Origin: Gemmatimonadales bacterium
GTDB taxonomy: Bacteria > Gemmatimonadota > Gemmatimonadetes > Gemmatimonadales > GWC2-71-9
NCBI GenBank assembly: GCA_037189525.1
Contig: JBBCJC010000005.1
Span: forward strand, 608,001 to 672,000
Length of the DNA stretch: 64,000 nucleotides
Direction of reading: 5' to 3'
The notes under the pieces: model-generated
What the model was told of the DNA's origin: nothing
Databases searched by the model: none
Seen by the model: only the letters and a program-made list of their open reading frames with translations
Shown: positions 16,296-26,617 of the stretch, one piece after another
Layout: every line of letters begins with the position of its first letter
Position numbering within the stretch: position 1 is the stretch's first letter
Made by a program: the position numbers and the translations under genes

Positions 16296-16930
16296 CGTTC
16301 TCTTGCCCCCTCGGTCGGGCCAGACCTGGCCGAGGGGGTGTTTGGAAGTGCTACCGCAAGTTCGTCCCGACGGATCGACGGACGATCTTCGGGTTCGACC
16401 TCCCCCTCCTCCCGTCGGCGCTCGGCCGGCGGTGTTGCAACGGCGATGACCTCGGAATCAGACAGCGCGCGTGCGACCATACCGAGCGTCTCGTACGCCT
16501 TCGTCTCTTCGGTCCGCACGTTTTCGAGCAGTGCAGCCTGTCCGGGAAAGCCCAGTTGCAGTGCCCGCGCATGTGCCGTCGCGTAACTCACGATTTTGTA
16601 TTGCGTGATCCGGAATGCGGACGCGGTCAGGCCGGCGTCCAGCACATCTCCTGAATAGTCGCCCATCAGCAGGTCACGGACCTCACCAATCAGACCGTCC
16701 ATTCCGGCGCAACGCTTGGCCTCCATGCTCACGTGGAGGCCCTCACACATCCATTCGAGGCGACGCGCATGAAAGCCGGCGTGCCTGCCGTGATTGGCGA
16801 GGGTCTGTCGAAGCATCGGCGCCGTTGCACTGCGTGCCATCTGCGACAAGACGACCGCCAGTTGTCTCTCGGCGTTCCGTAGGCCGCGAAGTTCGGCCCC
16901 ATACAGATCCCGAAGTGAAGCCCTTGGCAT
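16250..16930 (-). CDS. DUF892 / YciE-YciF ferritin-like protein
   Basis: LRDLYGAELRGLRNAERQL...CAGMDGLIGE...VLDAGL...YKIVSYATA; start at ATG 16930. Confidence 0.8.
   Translation of the reverse strand: MPRASLRDLYGAELRGLRNAERQLAVVLSQMARSATAPMLRQTLANHGRHAGFHARRLEWMCEGLHVSMEAKRCAGMDGLIGEVRDLLMGDYSGDVLDAGLTASAFRITQYKIVSYATAHARALQLGFPGQAALLENVRTEETKAYETLGMVARALSDSEVIAVATPPAERRREEGEVEPEDRPSIRRDELAVALPNTPSARSGPTEGARERYSTPSRFRNQPRLR
16306..16338. terminator. Hairpin between convergent genes
   Basis: CCCCCTCGG...CCGAGGGGG, 11 bp after the barrel stop codon. Confidence 0.5.
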
Positions 16931-17053
16931 AAATCCTCCAGCGGGAGTGGGACAGTGGTTGCTCCATTTCGTTCGGATAAAAGGGGAGACGCCGAGGGCG
17001 CGCTTCGGGACACGATCCACCGCGCTAGATTTGACCACTCCATCCAGCCACCG

Positions 17054-20000
17054 ATGACCCGACTGTTCGAATCCACGAACCGTGCAGCCGTCCTGCTCAT
17101 GCTGTCACTCACGGCATTGACGGGCCGAGGCGACAGCCCGACAGAACCGGTGCGCCGCGTATTCTTCAAGGACAGCCGGGCAGAATTGGCCCTGGCGCAA
17201 GTGAGGGGTGACTCCACCGTATCCATAGTGATCGCCGCCCGGCCCCGGGGCGCGGGTACCGTCGCGCGTGCCATCACACGGTTGGGTGGATCGATCCGCT
17301 ACCGCGCCGACGATGTCGACTACCTTCGCATCCGCCTGCCAACCGACTCGGCCGAACGCGTGTTCGATATCGCGGAGGTCCAAACGGCGGACATCGATGT
17401 CGCTGGGGCCTGGTCTCGCCCGTTCCTGCAGAGTGCCGACCCCGACGAGACCGATTTCACGGCGGCACCCAATACTCCGGCAACCGGCAGCGATCCGATC
17501 AGCCGCCCCTACTCTCCTCTGGCGGACCTCGACGCAGCCGCCTTTCGCGCGCAGCATCCCAGCTACGATGGCCGCGGAGTGACGATTGCCGTACTCGATG
17601 GACATCCGGACCTGCTGCTACCCGAGTTCCACCAGGCGCGCAGGCTGGACGGCACTCCAACCCGCAAGGTCATTCGGTACATCGACGTCAGCGACCCGAC
17701 CGAGCCCGACGATGTCACGCCGCACTGGGTCGCCATGCAGCCGACAACGGCCGCCAGCGACTCGCTCGTGACCGCTCGCGGAACCTATCGGACACCGCGC
17801 GCCGGACAATTCCGATTCGGCGTGCTCGATGAAGAGCGCTTTACCGGCAACGGCCTCGATCTGAACCGAGACAGCAATCCCGCCGGCGCCAGCCGGGTCT
17901 TCGGCGTTCTCTGGCACCCGGGCTCGGGTAAAGTCTGGGTCGATACGGACCAGGACTTCGACTTCAGCGATGAAACGGCCCTGCGGGACTATGCCGTCGC
18001 GGGTGAGTTCGGGCTTCTCGGCCGCGACAAACCGGACACCCCGGTGCGGGAGTCGGTCGCGTTCGGTGTCCAGATCGATGCGCAGCGCGGCTACGTCGTG
18101 ATCAATCCCGGGATCTACGGCCACGGCACGATGGTGAGCGGCGCGGCCGTCGCCAACAAAGCGACGGGTGGCCGAGTCGATGGCGTGGCACCACAAGCGC
18201 AGCTTGCAGCAATCAAGTATGCCCACCGGACCTCCGGCTTGATCGAAGGATTGATCTATGCCTACCGTGATCCGGATATCGACCTGGTGGTCCTTCAGCA
18301 GAACGTGGTCATTGCGATACCGTACCTCCTCCAAGACGGCCGCTTTACGGCCAGCGTCATCGCCGAACGTCTGGTGGCCCGATACGGGAAAGCTCTGTTC
18401 GTGCCCGCCAGCAACGTCCCGGGTATGAGTACGACCAGTGAGCACGGCGTACCGGACGCCGCGATCTCGGTTGGCGCGTATCAAAGCGCCGAGAACTACC
18501 TGATCAATTCGGGAATCGTCACGGCGGCGCGCGACAACCTGCATTCGGTCGGATCGTACGGTCCGGGCGGCAACGGAGCCATGCAGCCGGACCTGCTGGC
18601 GCCTGCTGCAGTACCGACGGTCAACCCCGGTATCGAGACGCCCTCCCATCGGTTGGGCCTTTACGCACTCGACCCCGGATACGGCCTTTGCAGCGGGACA
18701 TCGTGCGCCACGCCGGTCGCCGCCGGGGCTGCTGCCCTCCTGCTGAGCGCCGCGAAGCAGAACGGATTCGCCGTCTCGGCGGAGTTGCTTCGTGAATCGC
18801 TCTACGCAACGACCCGGACCTTACCGGGGATACCTATCTACCAGCAGGGCCGCGGGCTGCTCCAGGTGGGCGCTGCGTGGGAAGCGCTCCAGCAACTCGT
18901 CCGCGATGGTCCCCCACCGGTCATCGTCAGCTCCGGATCGGTTCGCACCAGGCTGAGCGACTGGCTCGAACAGCCCGGGGTCGGCACCGGCATCTACGAA
19001 CGAGAAGGCTGGCGCGCAGGACAGCGGGCGGAACGCTCGGTGACGTTGACTCGGATGACCGGTCCGCGCGAGCCGATTGCCTATGAGGTCGGCTGGACCA
19101 GTCACGACAGTACCTTCACCAGCCCGCCGCGGATCGAACTTCCGCTTCGGCGTCCGACGACCCTCCCCGTCAGCATCGCCCCGACGCACACCGGCGCCCA
19201 TTCGGCGACTCTGACGCTGCGCAACCCCGCCTATCCCGGACGACGCCAGCAGATGATGGCCGTAACGGTTGTCGCGCATCGCTTCGAGGTAACCAACGGT
19301 TATACCGCGGCCGACACCTTGCGTATTCCCCGCCCGGGCCGAGGAAGCATGTTCATCGAGGTTCCCGAGGGCACGAGGGCGCTCCGGGTGGGGCTCGACG
19401 CGACCGGCATCGTCCAGCTCGGACTGCGTCGGCCGGACGGACGCCAGGAACTGGGTTCGGAACCGAAGGCATCCGGTGCCCAGTCTCGGGTCGTACCCGA
19501 CCCGATGCCCGGGGTCTGGGAAGCGATCGTGACCGCCGTTCACGAGGTGGGCACCTACGCTCCGGACTATCCTCAGCCGCTGACCCCGATTTCCGCAATC
19601 CTCCGCGCTACCGTCTATCGCGTCGACGTGACGGGTGAGAGTCTCGCGGCAAGCAGCAGCATTGGCATGGGGCATCTGACTGCCATCAATCGCGGTGCAT
19701 CGTTCTCCGGGGCTGCGACCACGACATCGTTAGGCAGCGCCCGCCACCTGGAACGCGACATCGCGGCCCGGGAACAACACCGCTACGACATCGACGTCCC
19801 CCGTGGAGCCGCGGAACTGTTCATCGCCGCGGAAGGCGACTCCGAAGACGACCTCGACCTCTATCTCTTCGACTGCACCGGGCAGGCCCCCGCCCCATGC
19901 GTACCTGCCGGTGCGGCGGCCCATCCGGCGCGGGGAGACCGGCTGAGTTATCGCACCCCGGCGCCCGGACGATGGGCCGTCGTCGTCGATGCCGCCCGAT

Positions 20001-20326
20001 TGAGCGGACCCCGGACTCGCTATCGGTATCTCGATGTCATCATGAATCCCGCCCTCGGAGCCACCGCGGCCGCCGATGCCGACACCGTGCGACCGGCAGG
20101 CGCCAGCTGGCGTGTGCCGGTATCTGCCTGGCTCGCGGCGGATCCCGCCGGCGGACGCGTGCCGGTGGCCGTCCTCCAGGTCGCGAGCGATAGTGCGCTA
20201 ACCCATCATCAGCGTACCACCAGCCTCGAATTGATCGGTCCGAAGGTCAACGCAATTCTGGGTCGCACCATCATCGACGTGCGACAGGGCAGCACGCTTC
20301 TGCCCGAGCGTTCGACTCAAAACTGA
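17054..20326 (+). CDS. Secreted S8 subtilisin-family peptidase (tripeptidyl-peptidase II-like) with C-terminal beta domains
   Basis: GRGVTIAVLD (Asp), GHGTMVSG (His), QPDLLAP, SGTSCATP (Ser), DDLDLYLFDC. Confidence 0.88.
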   Translation: MTRLFESTNRAAVLLMLSLTALTGRGDSPTEPVRRVFFKDSRAELALAQVRGDSTVSIVIAARPRGAGTVARAITRLGGSIRYRADDVDYLRIRLPTDSAERVFDIAEVQTADIDVAGAWSRPFLQSADPDETDFTAAPNTPATGSDPISRPYSPLADLDAAAFRAQHPSYDGRGVTIAVLDGHPDLLLPEFHQARRLDGTPTRKVIRYIDVSDPTEPDDVTPHWVAMQPTTAASDSLVTARGTYRTPRAGQFRFGVLDEERFTGNGLDLNRDSNPAGASRVFGVLWHPGSGKVWVDTDQDFDFSDETALRDYAVAGEFGLLGRDKPDTPVRESVAFGVQIDAQRGYVVINPGIYGHGTMVSGAAVANKATGGRVDGVAPQAQLAAIKYAHRTSGLIEGLIYAYRDPDIDLVVLQQNVVIAIPYLLQDGRFTASVIAERLVARYGKALFVPASNVPGMSTTSEHGVPDAAISVGAYQSAENYLINSGIVTAARDNLHSVGSYGPGGNGAMQPDLLAPAAVPTVNPGIETPSHRLGLYALDPGYGLCSGTSCATPVAAGAAALLLSAAKQNGFAVSAELLRESLYATTRTLPGIPIYQQGRGLLQVGAAWEALQQLVRDGPPPVIVSSGSVRTRLSDWLEQPGVGTGIYEREGWRAGQRAERSVTLTRMTGPREPIAYEVGWTSHDSTFTSPPRIELPLRRPTTLPVSIAPTHTGAHSATLTLRNPAYPGRRQQMMAVTVVAHRFEVTNGYTAADTLRIPRPGRGSMFIEVPEGTRALRVGLDATGIVQLGLRRPDGRQELGSEPKASGAQSRVVPDPMPGVWEAIVTAVHEVGTYAPDYPQPLTPISAILRATVYRVDVTGESLAASSSIGMGHLTAINRGASFSGAATTTSLGSARHLERDIAAREQHRYDIDVPRGAAELFIAAEGDSEDDLDLYLFDCTGQAPAPCVPAGAAAHPARGDRLSYRTPAPGRWAVVVDAARLSGPRTRYRYLDVIMNPALGATAAADADTVRPAGASWRVPVSAWLAADPAGGRVPVAVLQVASDSALTHHQRTTSLELIGPKVNAILGRTIIDVRQGSTLLPERSTQN

Positions 20327-20364
20327 CGGATTGCGCCTGGCCGATTTGGCCGCATATTGGGCAG

Positions 20365-21906
20365 ATGACTGCTCCCGCCCAGCCGGCGACGCGCCTCGAT
20401 CGCGCCCTCGCCACCATCGAGCGAATCGGCAACAAGCTCCCCGACCCTGCGCTGCTCTTCGTGATCCTGATGGTCATCGCCTGGATTACGTCGGCACTGC
20501 TCGCATCGGTATCGTTCTCTGAGGTCGATCCGCGCACCGGCCAACCGATCACCATCATCAATCAGCTGACCGGTACGTCGATGGCCAAGTTCTTCTCGAA
20601 CATGGTCACCACGTTTACCGGATTCCATCCGCTGGGTGTCGTGCTGGTTGCTCTGCTGGGCGTCGGCGTCGCCGAGTACTCCGGGTTCATCAACGCCGGG
20701 CTCAAGTCGCTCCTCAGGGTGACCACACCCAAGCTCCTCACGCCGCTCACGATTTTCGTCGCGACGCTGAGCCATACGGCTGCCGATGCGGGATACGTGC
20801 TGGTGATTCCCCTGGGCGCCGTCATGTTTGCCGCCGCGGGGCGCCATCCGGTCGTCGGTATCGCCGCCGCCTTCGCAGGAGTGTCCGGCGGGTTCAGCGC
20901 CAACATCCTCCCCTCGGCGATCGATCCGCTGCTGCAGGGTCTGACCCAGTCGGCTGCGCAGATGATCGATCCCAGCCGCACAGTCAACCCGCTCAACAAC
21001 TGGTACTTCCTGATTGCGTCGACGGTGCTGATCGTGCTGGTCGGGTGGTTCGTTACCGATCGCGTCATCGAGCCCCGGTTGCGCTCGGTCGCGGTCGATG
21101 GCGGCGGCGATTCGATGCCGAAGCTGGAGCCGCTCAGCGAATCGGAGCGCCGTGGGCTCCGCGCAGGTACCGTCGCCATGCTGGCCGGGGTCGCGCTGCT
21201 CACCTGGATGTCCTGGCCCGACGACTCGGCGCTACGCTCCCCGTCGGGAGCGCTGACGACGGCCGACGCGCCACTGATGCAGTCGATCGTCCCCCTGATT
21301 TTTCTGCTCTTCCTGATTCCCGGCGTGATCCACGGCTACGCCGCCGGAACCATCACATCCCATCGTGACGTGATCAACGCCATGAGCAAGGCGATGAGCA
21401 CGATGGGACATTACATCGTGATCGCCTTCTTCGCTTCGCTCTTCATTGCGGCATTCGGCCAGTCGAATCTGGGCGCGCTGATTGCGATCAAGGGCGCCAA
21501 CACGCTCGAAGCGATGGCCATGCCCGCACAGATCACGATCATCGGGATCATCCTTATCACGATGGTGATCGATCTGGTGATCGGCTCCGCCTCGGCCAAG
21601 TGGGCCCTGCTGGCGCCGATCTTCGTCCCAATGCTGATGCAGCTCGGGATCTCGCCCGACCTGACCCAGGCGGCATACCGGGTGGGAGACTCGTCGGCCA
21701 ACATCATCACCCCGATGATGCCGTACTTCCCGCTGGTCGTGGTCTACGTCCAGAAATACGTATCGGGAGCCGGGATCGGCACTCTGGTGTCGACCATGCT
21801 CCCGTATACGGTGACCTTCATCATTACCTGGACGATTCTGCTGCTGGTGTTCTGGGGCCTCGACATCCCGCTCGGTCTGCAGGCCACCTATCACCTGACG
21901 CCCTGA
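20365..21906 (+). CDS. abgT: AbgT-family transporter
   Basis: IERIGNKLPDP, FTGFHPLG, AFAGVSGGFSAN, GSASAKWA, YRVGDSSANIITP. Confidence 0.95.
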   Translation: MTAPAQPATRLDRALATIERIGNKLPDPALLFVILMVIAWITSALLASVSFSEVDPRTGQPITIINQLTGTSMAKFFSNMVTTFTGFHPLGVVLVALLGVGVAEYSGFINAGLKSLLRVTTPKLLTPLTIFVATLSHTAADAGYVLVIPLGAVMFAAAGRHPVVGIAAAFAGVSGGFSANILPSAIDPLLQGLTQSAAQMIDPSRTVNPLNNWYFLIASTVLIVLVGWFVTDRVIEPRLRSVAVDGGGDSMPKLEPLSESERRGLRAGTVAMLAGVALLTWMSWPDDSALRSPSGALTTADAPLMQSIVPLIFLLFLIPGVIHGYAAGTITSHRDVINAMSKAMSTMGHYIVIAFFASLFIAAFGQSNLGALIAIKGANTLEAMAMPAQITIIGIILITMVIDLVIGSASAKWALLAPIFVPMLMQLGISPDLTQAAYRVGDSSANIITPMMPYFPLVVVYVQKYVSGAGIGTLVSTMLPYTVTFIITWTILLLVFWGLDIPLGLQATYHLTP

Positions 21907-21910
21907 CCGA

Positions 21911-22681
21911 TCAGCCCCCCGCCATCCGGGCGCGGACCTCGGTCGCGAAGTGCTCGGCGAGACGCTCCACCACCGTCCCGCCGAGCGCCGCGGTGGCGCC
22001 GCGCGGATCGCCGAGAATCCCGTTAGGCGTGAGCGCCTTGAGGCCGCGGCGGAACAGCTCGTCGGTATCGATCCGCCCCATCAGCCCCGGCTCATAACGA
22101 TCGACCTCCACCAGCGTCGGATGCCGATGCAACAGAACCGACGTTTCCGTGACGTCGGCATGAATGGCGTCCACATCCTGACGGAGCCCGTGCTCGGCGG
22201 CCGCGTCGTTCATCACCCGCATGATGTCGAGCAAGCCCTGTCGCCCGCCGAACGAGATGATCCGGATGCCCTTGGGAGCAAACTCGGCTTCGAGCTGCTG
22301 AGCGGCGCGCTCGAGGGGAGCGAAGTTACCCCCGTGGGCCGACAGCAGCACGAAGGTATCGAATCCGTGCGGGGCAAGCGAGCGGACGATCGCCACGACG
22401 GTGTCGATGAACACCGGCTCGGGAATCGACAGGCTTCCGGGAAAAGCCAGATGGTGATCCGAACATCCGGGCCGGACGACCGGTGCCATGATCGCGTTAC
22501 CCAACTTATGCGCCAAGCGCTCCCCGACCGCCTGACCGATGGCTGCGTCGGTCATGGTCGGCAGATGCGGCCCGTGCTGCTCGGTCGACCCGGTCATCAC
22601 CAGCGCGGTCCGCACGCCGGATGTGATCGCGGCCTCGACGTCAGTCCAGGTCAGATCCTCCAGCAACACCGATTTCAGCAC
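21911..22681 (-). CDS. Creatininase / creatinine amidohydrolase family protein
   Basis: GSTEQHGPHLP..TD, SDHHLAFPGSLS, AHGGN, HADVTETS, NGILGDP. Confidence 0.92.
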   Translation of the reverse strand: MLKSVLLEDLTWTDVEAAITSGVRTALVMTGSTEQHGPHLPTMTDAAIGQAVGERLAHKLGNAIMAPVVRPGCSDHHLAFPGSLSIPEPVFIDTVVAIVRSLAPHGFDTFVLLSAHGGNFAPLERAAQQLEAEFAPKGIRIISFGGRQGLLDIMRVMNDAAAEHGLRQDVDAIHADVTETSVLLHRHPTLVEVDRYEPGLMGRIDTDELFRRGLKALTPNGILGDPRGATAALGGTVVERLAEHFATEVRARMAGG

Positions 22682-22852
22682 TATTAGTCTCCTCGCGTAG
22701 TCTGATCAGGGTGACACGGCCCGCCGAAGGTGTACGGCAGCCCGGAGCATAGTATCGCGATGGGCGCCATCAGTCCACGTGCCCTCGCCGCTGGTATCCC
22801 TTACCTTCCACCCGGAGCAGAGCACTCTTTCGTCCCTCACACCGAACAGCCC

Positions 22853-25800
22853 ATGTCCCTGCCTTTCCTTCGCGTCCTCTTTCCCTCGGCTGTCGCCGTT
22901 CTGAGCCTGTATGGTACGGCAACCGCTCAGAGCGCGGCACAGAATGACAGCGCAGCCAAGGCGGCCACCGCTGCCAAAGGCTTGCCGCTGATCTCGACCC
23001 GCACACTGTCCTTTACGACGACCGAGGGATCCTGGCTGTCGATCGACATCGATCCGACCGGACGCACCCTCGTATTCGATCTGCTGGGCGATCTCTACAC
23101 GCTGCCGATCGCCGGCGGAACCGCAACCCGGATTACGAGCGGGTTTCCATACGACATGCAGGCGCGCTTCTCGCCCGACGGCAAATCGATCGTCTTCGTG
23201 AGCGATCGGGATGGCGCCGAGAATATCTGGGTCGCGGACGCCGACGGCGGAAACCCGCGCGCCATCACCACGACGGAGCGCGAGAACTACGTTTCGCCCA
23301 CCTGGGCACCCGACGGCCAGTACATCGTCGCGACCAAAGGCAACAACCTCTGGATCTGGCACAAGGACGGTGGTTCGGGAGTGCAGATGACCGGGCAGGC
23401 CCGTCCTGGCACGCCGCCCGCCCCGCCGCAGAGTCTCTACATCGGCGCGGCCTTCGGAGCCGATCCTGCCACGCTCTGGGTCAACGTCCGCGGCACACCA
23501 ACGCCGTCACTCGCGAGTGCGGTCCATCATGGTCACACCGACGGCGACCATGATACGCGAAGCACGTCCCGCGAAGTCGGTGCAATCCAGATCGCAGAGC
23601 TCGAACGAAGCACCGGACGGATCCGAATTCGCACCCATGAGCACGAAGGCGCCTTTCGTGCCGTGCCCAGCCCGGACGGCAAATGGCTGGTGTACGCTAC
23701 CCGGTTCGACGGTCGCTCGGCACTCAAGCTGCTCGATCTGACCACCGGCGAAGATCGCTGGCTCGTCATGGACGTTCAGCGTGACGACTACCAGGGCGGC
23801 GGCAGCCGCGATCGCGATCTCTACCCGGGGTCGGCATTTACTCCGGACTCCCGCGCCCTCATCACCAGCTATGGTGGCCAGATCCGTCGCATCGAGATCC
23901 CCTCGGGCCAGGTCAGCACGATTCCGTTCAGCGCCAGCGTGGATCAACCGCTTGGTCCGCTGGTCAAGTTCGAATATCCGATCAACGACTCGGTCCTGAC
24001 GGTCACGCAGATTCGCGGCGCCCGGCCGTCGCCGGACGGCAAGCGGCTCGCTTTCACGGCGCTCGACCGGCTCTGGATTGCGGACCTTCCGGCAAGCCCC
24101 GGCGGGCCGGGCAACGTGACGCGCACCCCGCCGGTGATCTGGAATGCCCGTCGCCTGACCGATGCCCAGGTCGTCGAACACGGCCCGGTCTGGTCGCCGG
24201 ATGGTCGCTATCTGGCGTATGTGACCTGGGACGATTCGGTTGGCGGGCAGATTCAGCGGATTCGCACCGACGGTCGCGCCACGCCCGAGCCGCTGACTCA
24301 CGCGCCCGCGTTCTATGACAAGCTCGCTTACACCAAGGACGGATCTCGCCTGCTTGCCGTTCGCGGCTCGAAGCAGCATCGGATGCGGACACTCGAAGAT
24401 TTCGGCAACCATGGATCGGCGGCCGAAATCGAATACGTCTGGCTGCCGGCCACCGGCGGCGAACCCACCCGGATCCGCTGGGCAGGCGGTGGTGTCACCC
24501 CGACCCGTGGCGTGCCGCACGTCGGCCCCGATACCTCGCGGGTATATGTCTGGACCGGCAGCGACGGGCTGGTGTCGATGCGGATGGATGGCAGCGACAG
24601 CCGCACGCTGCTCAAGGTGACCGGAGCATCGAGCCCGAGTTTCCAGGGCACTATGACCCCGTCCATTCCCGAAGAGGTCGTGCTCTCGCCCGATGGCCGT
24701 CGCGCGCTGGTCACGGTGCGCACCAATGTCTATATGATCACGGTTCCGCCGGTCGGTGGCGACGTCCCGCCTACCGTCTCCGTGGTGTTGCCGTCGACGG
24801 TACCGCTCTGGCGTCTGACCCGGGTCGGCGGAGAGTTTGCCGGCTGGAACCATGACGGCAGCCAGGCACACTACTCGATCGGACGGAGTTTCTTCCGATA
24901 CGATCTCGCGTTAGGCGATTCCCTGGTCCGCGACTCCGTCAGCCGCGCTCGCCCTCGGCCGGGAGCTGCCCGACCCGATTCGGCTCGGGCCGACTCCACG
25001 CAGAAGAGTGGCCAGGTCACCTTTGCGTACGAAGCGGGTCGAGTCGACATCGAGATCGTGGTCCCAAAGGATCGGCCGCGCGGCGTTGTGGCGCTCCGCG
25101 GCGCCCGGATCGTCACCATGAAAGGCGACGAGGTGATCCCGTCGGGTGACATCGTGGTCACCAACAATCGCATTACCGCGGTGGGGCCGACCGGCAGCGT
25201 CACGATTCCAGGGGACGCCCGCATCATCGACGTCGCCGGCAAGACGATTCTGCCCGGCTATGTCGACATCCATGCGCACAACTGGATGGCGTGGGGCGTC
25301 CACCGGACGCAGATCGCCCAGTTCCTGCCGCAACTGGCATACGGCATCACGACCCAGCGCGACCCGCAGACCATGGAAACCGATATCCTGACCTACTCGG
25401 ATCGGATGGAGATCGGCGAGTTGCTGGGGCCCCGCCTCTTTTCCACCGGCCCGGGTGTCTTTTCGTGGGACAACATCAAGAGCCTGGCCGATGCCCGCGA
25501 CGTGCTGCGCCGCTACGCCGACCACTACGGCACCCAGACCATCAAGCAGTACATGGCCGGCGACCGCAAGGTGCGCCAGTGGGTCATCATGGCCGCTCGC
25601 GAACTCGGCCTCACGCCGACCACCGAGGGCGGGATCAACTTCACCATGAACCTGACGCTGATGCAGGACGGCTATCCCGGCCTGGAGCACAACCTGCCGA
25701 TCAGCCCGTTCTATCGCGACGTGGTCGAGCTGCACCGCACCAGCGGACTGTTCTACACCCCGACCCTGATCGTCAGCTACGGCGGACCGATCGGGCGCAA

Positions 25801-26311
25801 CTACTACCTGACCCGCACCAACATCGACACGGTCGCCCGGCTGCGTCGCTTCACGCCGCACGATGAACTCGACAAATGGAAGAACAGCACCTTCCAGCGT
25901 GACGATCAGCAGGTGTTCAAGCTGCATGCGCAGCAGCTGGCCAAGATGCACGCGGCCGGCGGCAAGTTGGGCTTCGGCTCCCACGGCGAAGTGCAGGGCA
26001 TCGGTGCGCACTGGGAACTCTGGATGATGGCCAGCGGCGGCCTCGGCAACCATGAGGTCCTCCGCATCAGTACCCTGACCAGCGCCGATGCAATCGGACT
26101 TGCCAAGGATCTGGGTTCGCTCGAGGTCGGGAAGCTGGCGGACCTCCAGGTTCTGGATCGGAATCCGCTCGAGCAACTCGAGCACACCACTTCGGTCCGC
26201 TACGTGATGAAGAACGGCCGGCTCTACGACGCCATCACGCTCGACGAAATCTGGCCGCGGACCCGCGCCCTACCGACACAGTGGTGGTGGCGGCTGGAGC
26301 CGCCGGCGTAG
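22853..26311 (+). CDS. Secreted PD40 beta-propeller + amidohydrolase fusion protein
   Basis: Signal peptide; repeated SPDG/APDG motifs; GKTILPGYVDIHAH; GSLEVGKLADL; start at ATG 22853. Confidence 0.9.
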   Translation: MSLPFLRVLFPSAVAVLSLYGTATAQSAAQNDSAAKAATAAKGLPLISTRTLSFTTTEGSWLSIDIDPTGRTLVFDLLGDLYTLPIAGGTATRITSGFPYDMQARFSPDGKSIVFVSDRDGAENIWVADADGGNPRAITTTERENYVSPTWAPDGQYIVATKGNNLWIWHKDGGSGVQMTGQARPGTPPAPPQSLYIGAAFGADPATLWVNVRGTPTPSLASAVHHGHTDGDHDTRSTSREVGAIQIAELERSTGRIRIRTHEHEGAFRAVPSPDGKWLVYATRFDGRSALKLLDLTTGEDRWLVMDVQRDDYQGGGSRDRDLYPGSAFTPDSRALITSYGGQIRRIEIPSGQVSTIPFSASVDQPLGPLVKFEYPINDSVLTVTQIRGARPSPDGKRLAFTALDRLWIADLPASPGGPGNVTRTPPVIWNARRLTDAQVVEHGPVWSPDGRYLAYVTWDDSVGGQIQRIRTDGRATPEPLTHAPAFYDKLAYTKDGSRLLAVRGSKQHRMRTLEDFGNHGSAAEIEYVWLPATGGEPTRIRWAGGGVTPTRGVPHVGPDTSRVYVWTGSDGLVSMRMDGSDSRTLLKVTGASSPSFQGTMTPSIPEEVVLSPDGRRALVTVRTNVYMITVPPVGGDVPPTVSVVLPSTVPLWRLTRVGGEFAGWNHDGSQAHYSIGRSFFRYDLALGDSLVRDSVSRARPRPGAARPDSARADSTQKSGQVTFAYEAGRVDIEIVVPKDRPRGVVALRGARIVTMKGDEVIPSGDIVVTNNRITAVGPTGSVTIPGDARIIDVAGKTILPGYVDIHAHNWMAWGVHRTQIAQFLPQLAYGITTQRDPQTMETDILTYSDRMEIGELLGPRLFSTGPGVFSWDNIKSLADARDVLRRYADHYGTQTIKQYMAGDRKVRQWVIMAARELGLTPTTEGGINFTMNLTLMQDGYPGLEHNLPISPFYRDVVELHRTSGLFYTPTLIVSYGGPIGRNYYLTRTNIDTVARLRRFTPHDELDKWKNSTFQRDDQQVFKLHAQQLAKMHAAGGKLGFGSHGEVQGIGAHWELWMMASGGLGNHEVLRISTLTSADAIGLAKDLGSLEVGKLADLQVLDRNPLEQLEHTTSVRYVMKNGRLYDAITLDEIWPRTRALPTQWWWRLEPPA

Positions 26312-26617
26312 CCCCCACCTCGACCGCTGGAGCGGCGGGGAGGCAAATGGGCCCCAATCGCTGGGCCATCCCTCCCCGTCGTGGCGCTGGCCATGGTCAC
26401 CGTCGGGCTCGTTGCGACAGCCGGCCCAGCCCGGCGAGGCCTCCGAGTGGAGCCTCCCCGCGGCCCTCCAATCCGACGAATGGTCATTCCAGGCCCACTT
26501 TGGACCATCCCCGCGCAGGAAACACAGCAAATCGGTAGACTTCTGCGTAGTAAAGGCGGACTCGGCGACTTCTGGCCGGGCCCGCCGTTCAACCTTTTGC
26601 CAGATCCCTGCGACTTG

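Noticed and set aside
21911..22681. Possible mycofactocin peptidase MftE / RiPP cluster
   Set aside because: No precursor peptide, RRE protein or radical SAM gene nearby; treated as a generic creatininase-family protein.
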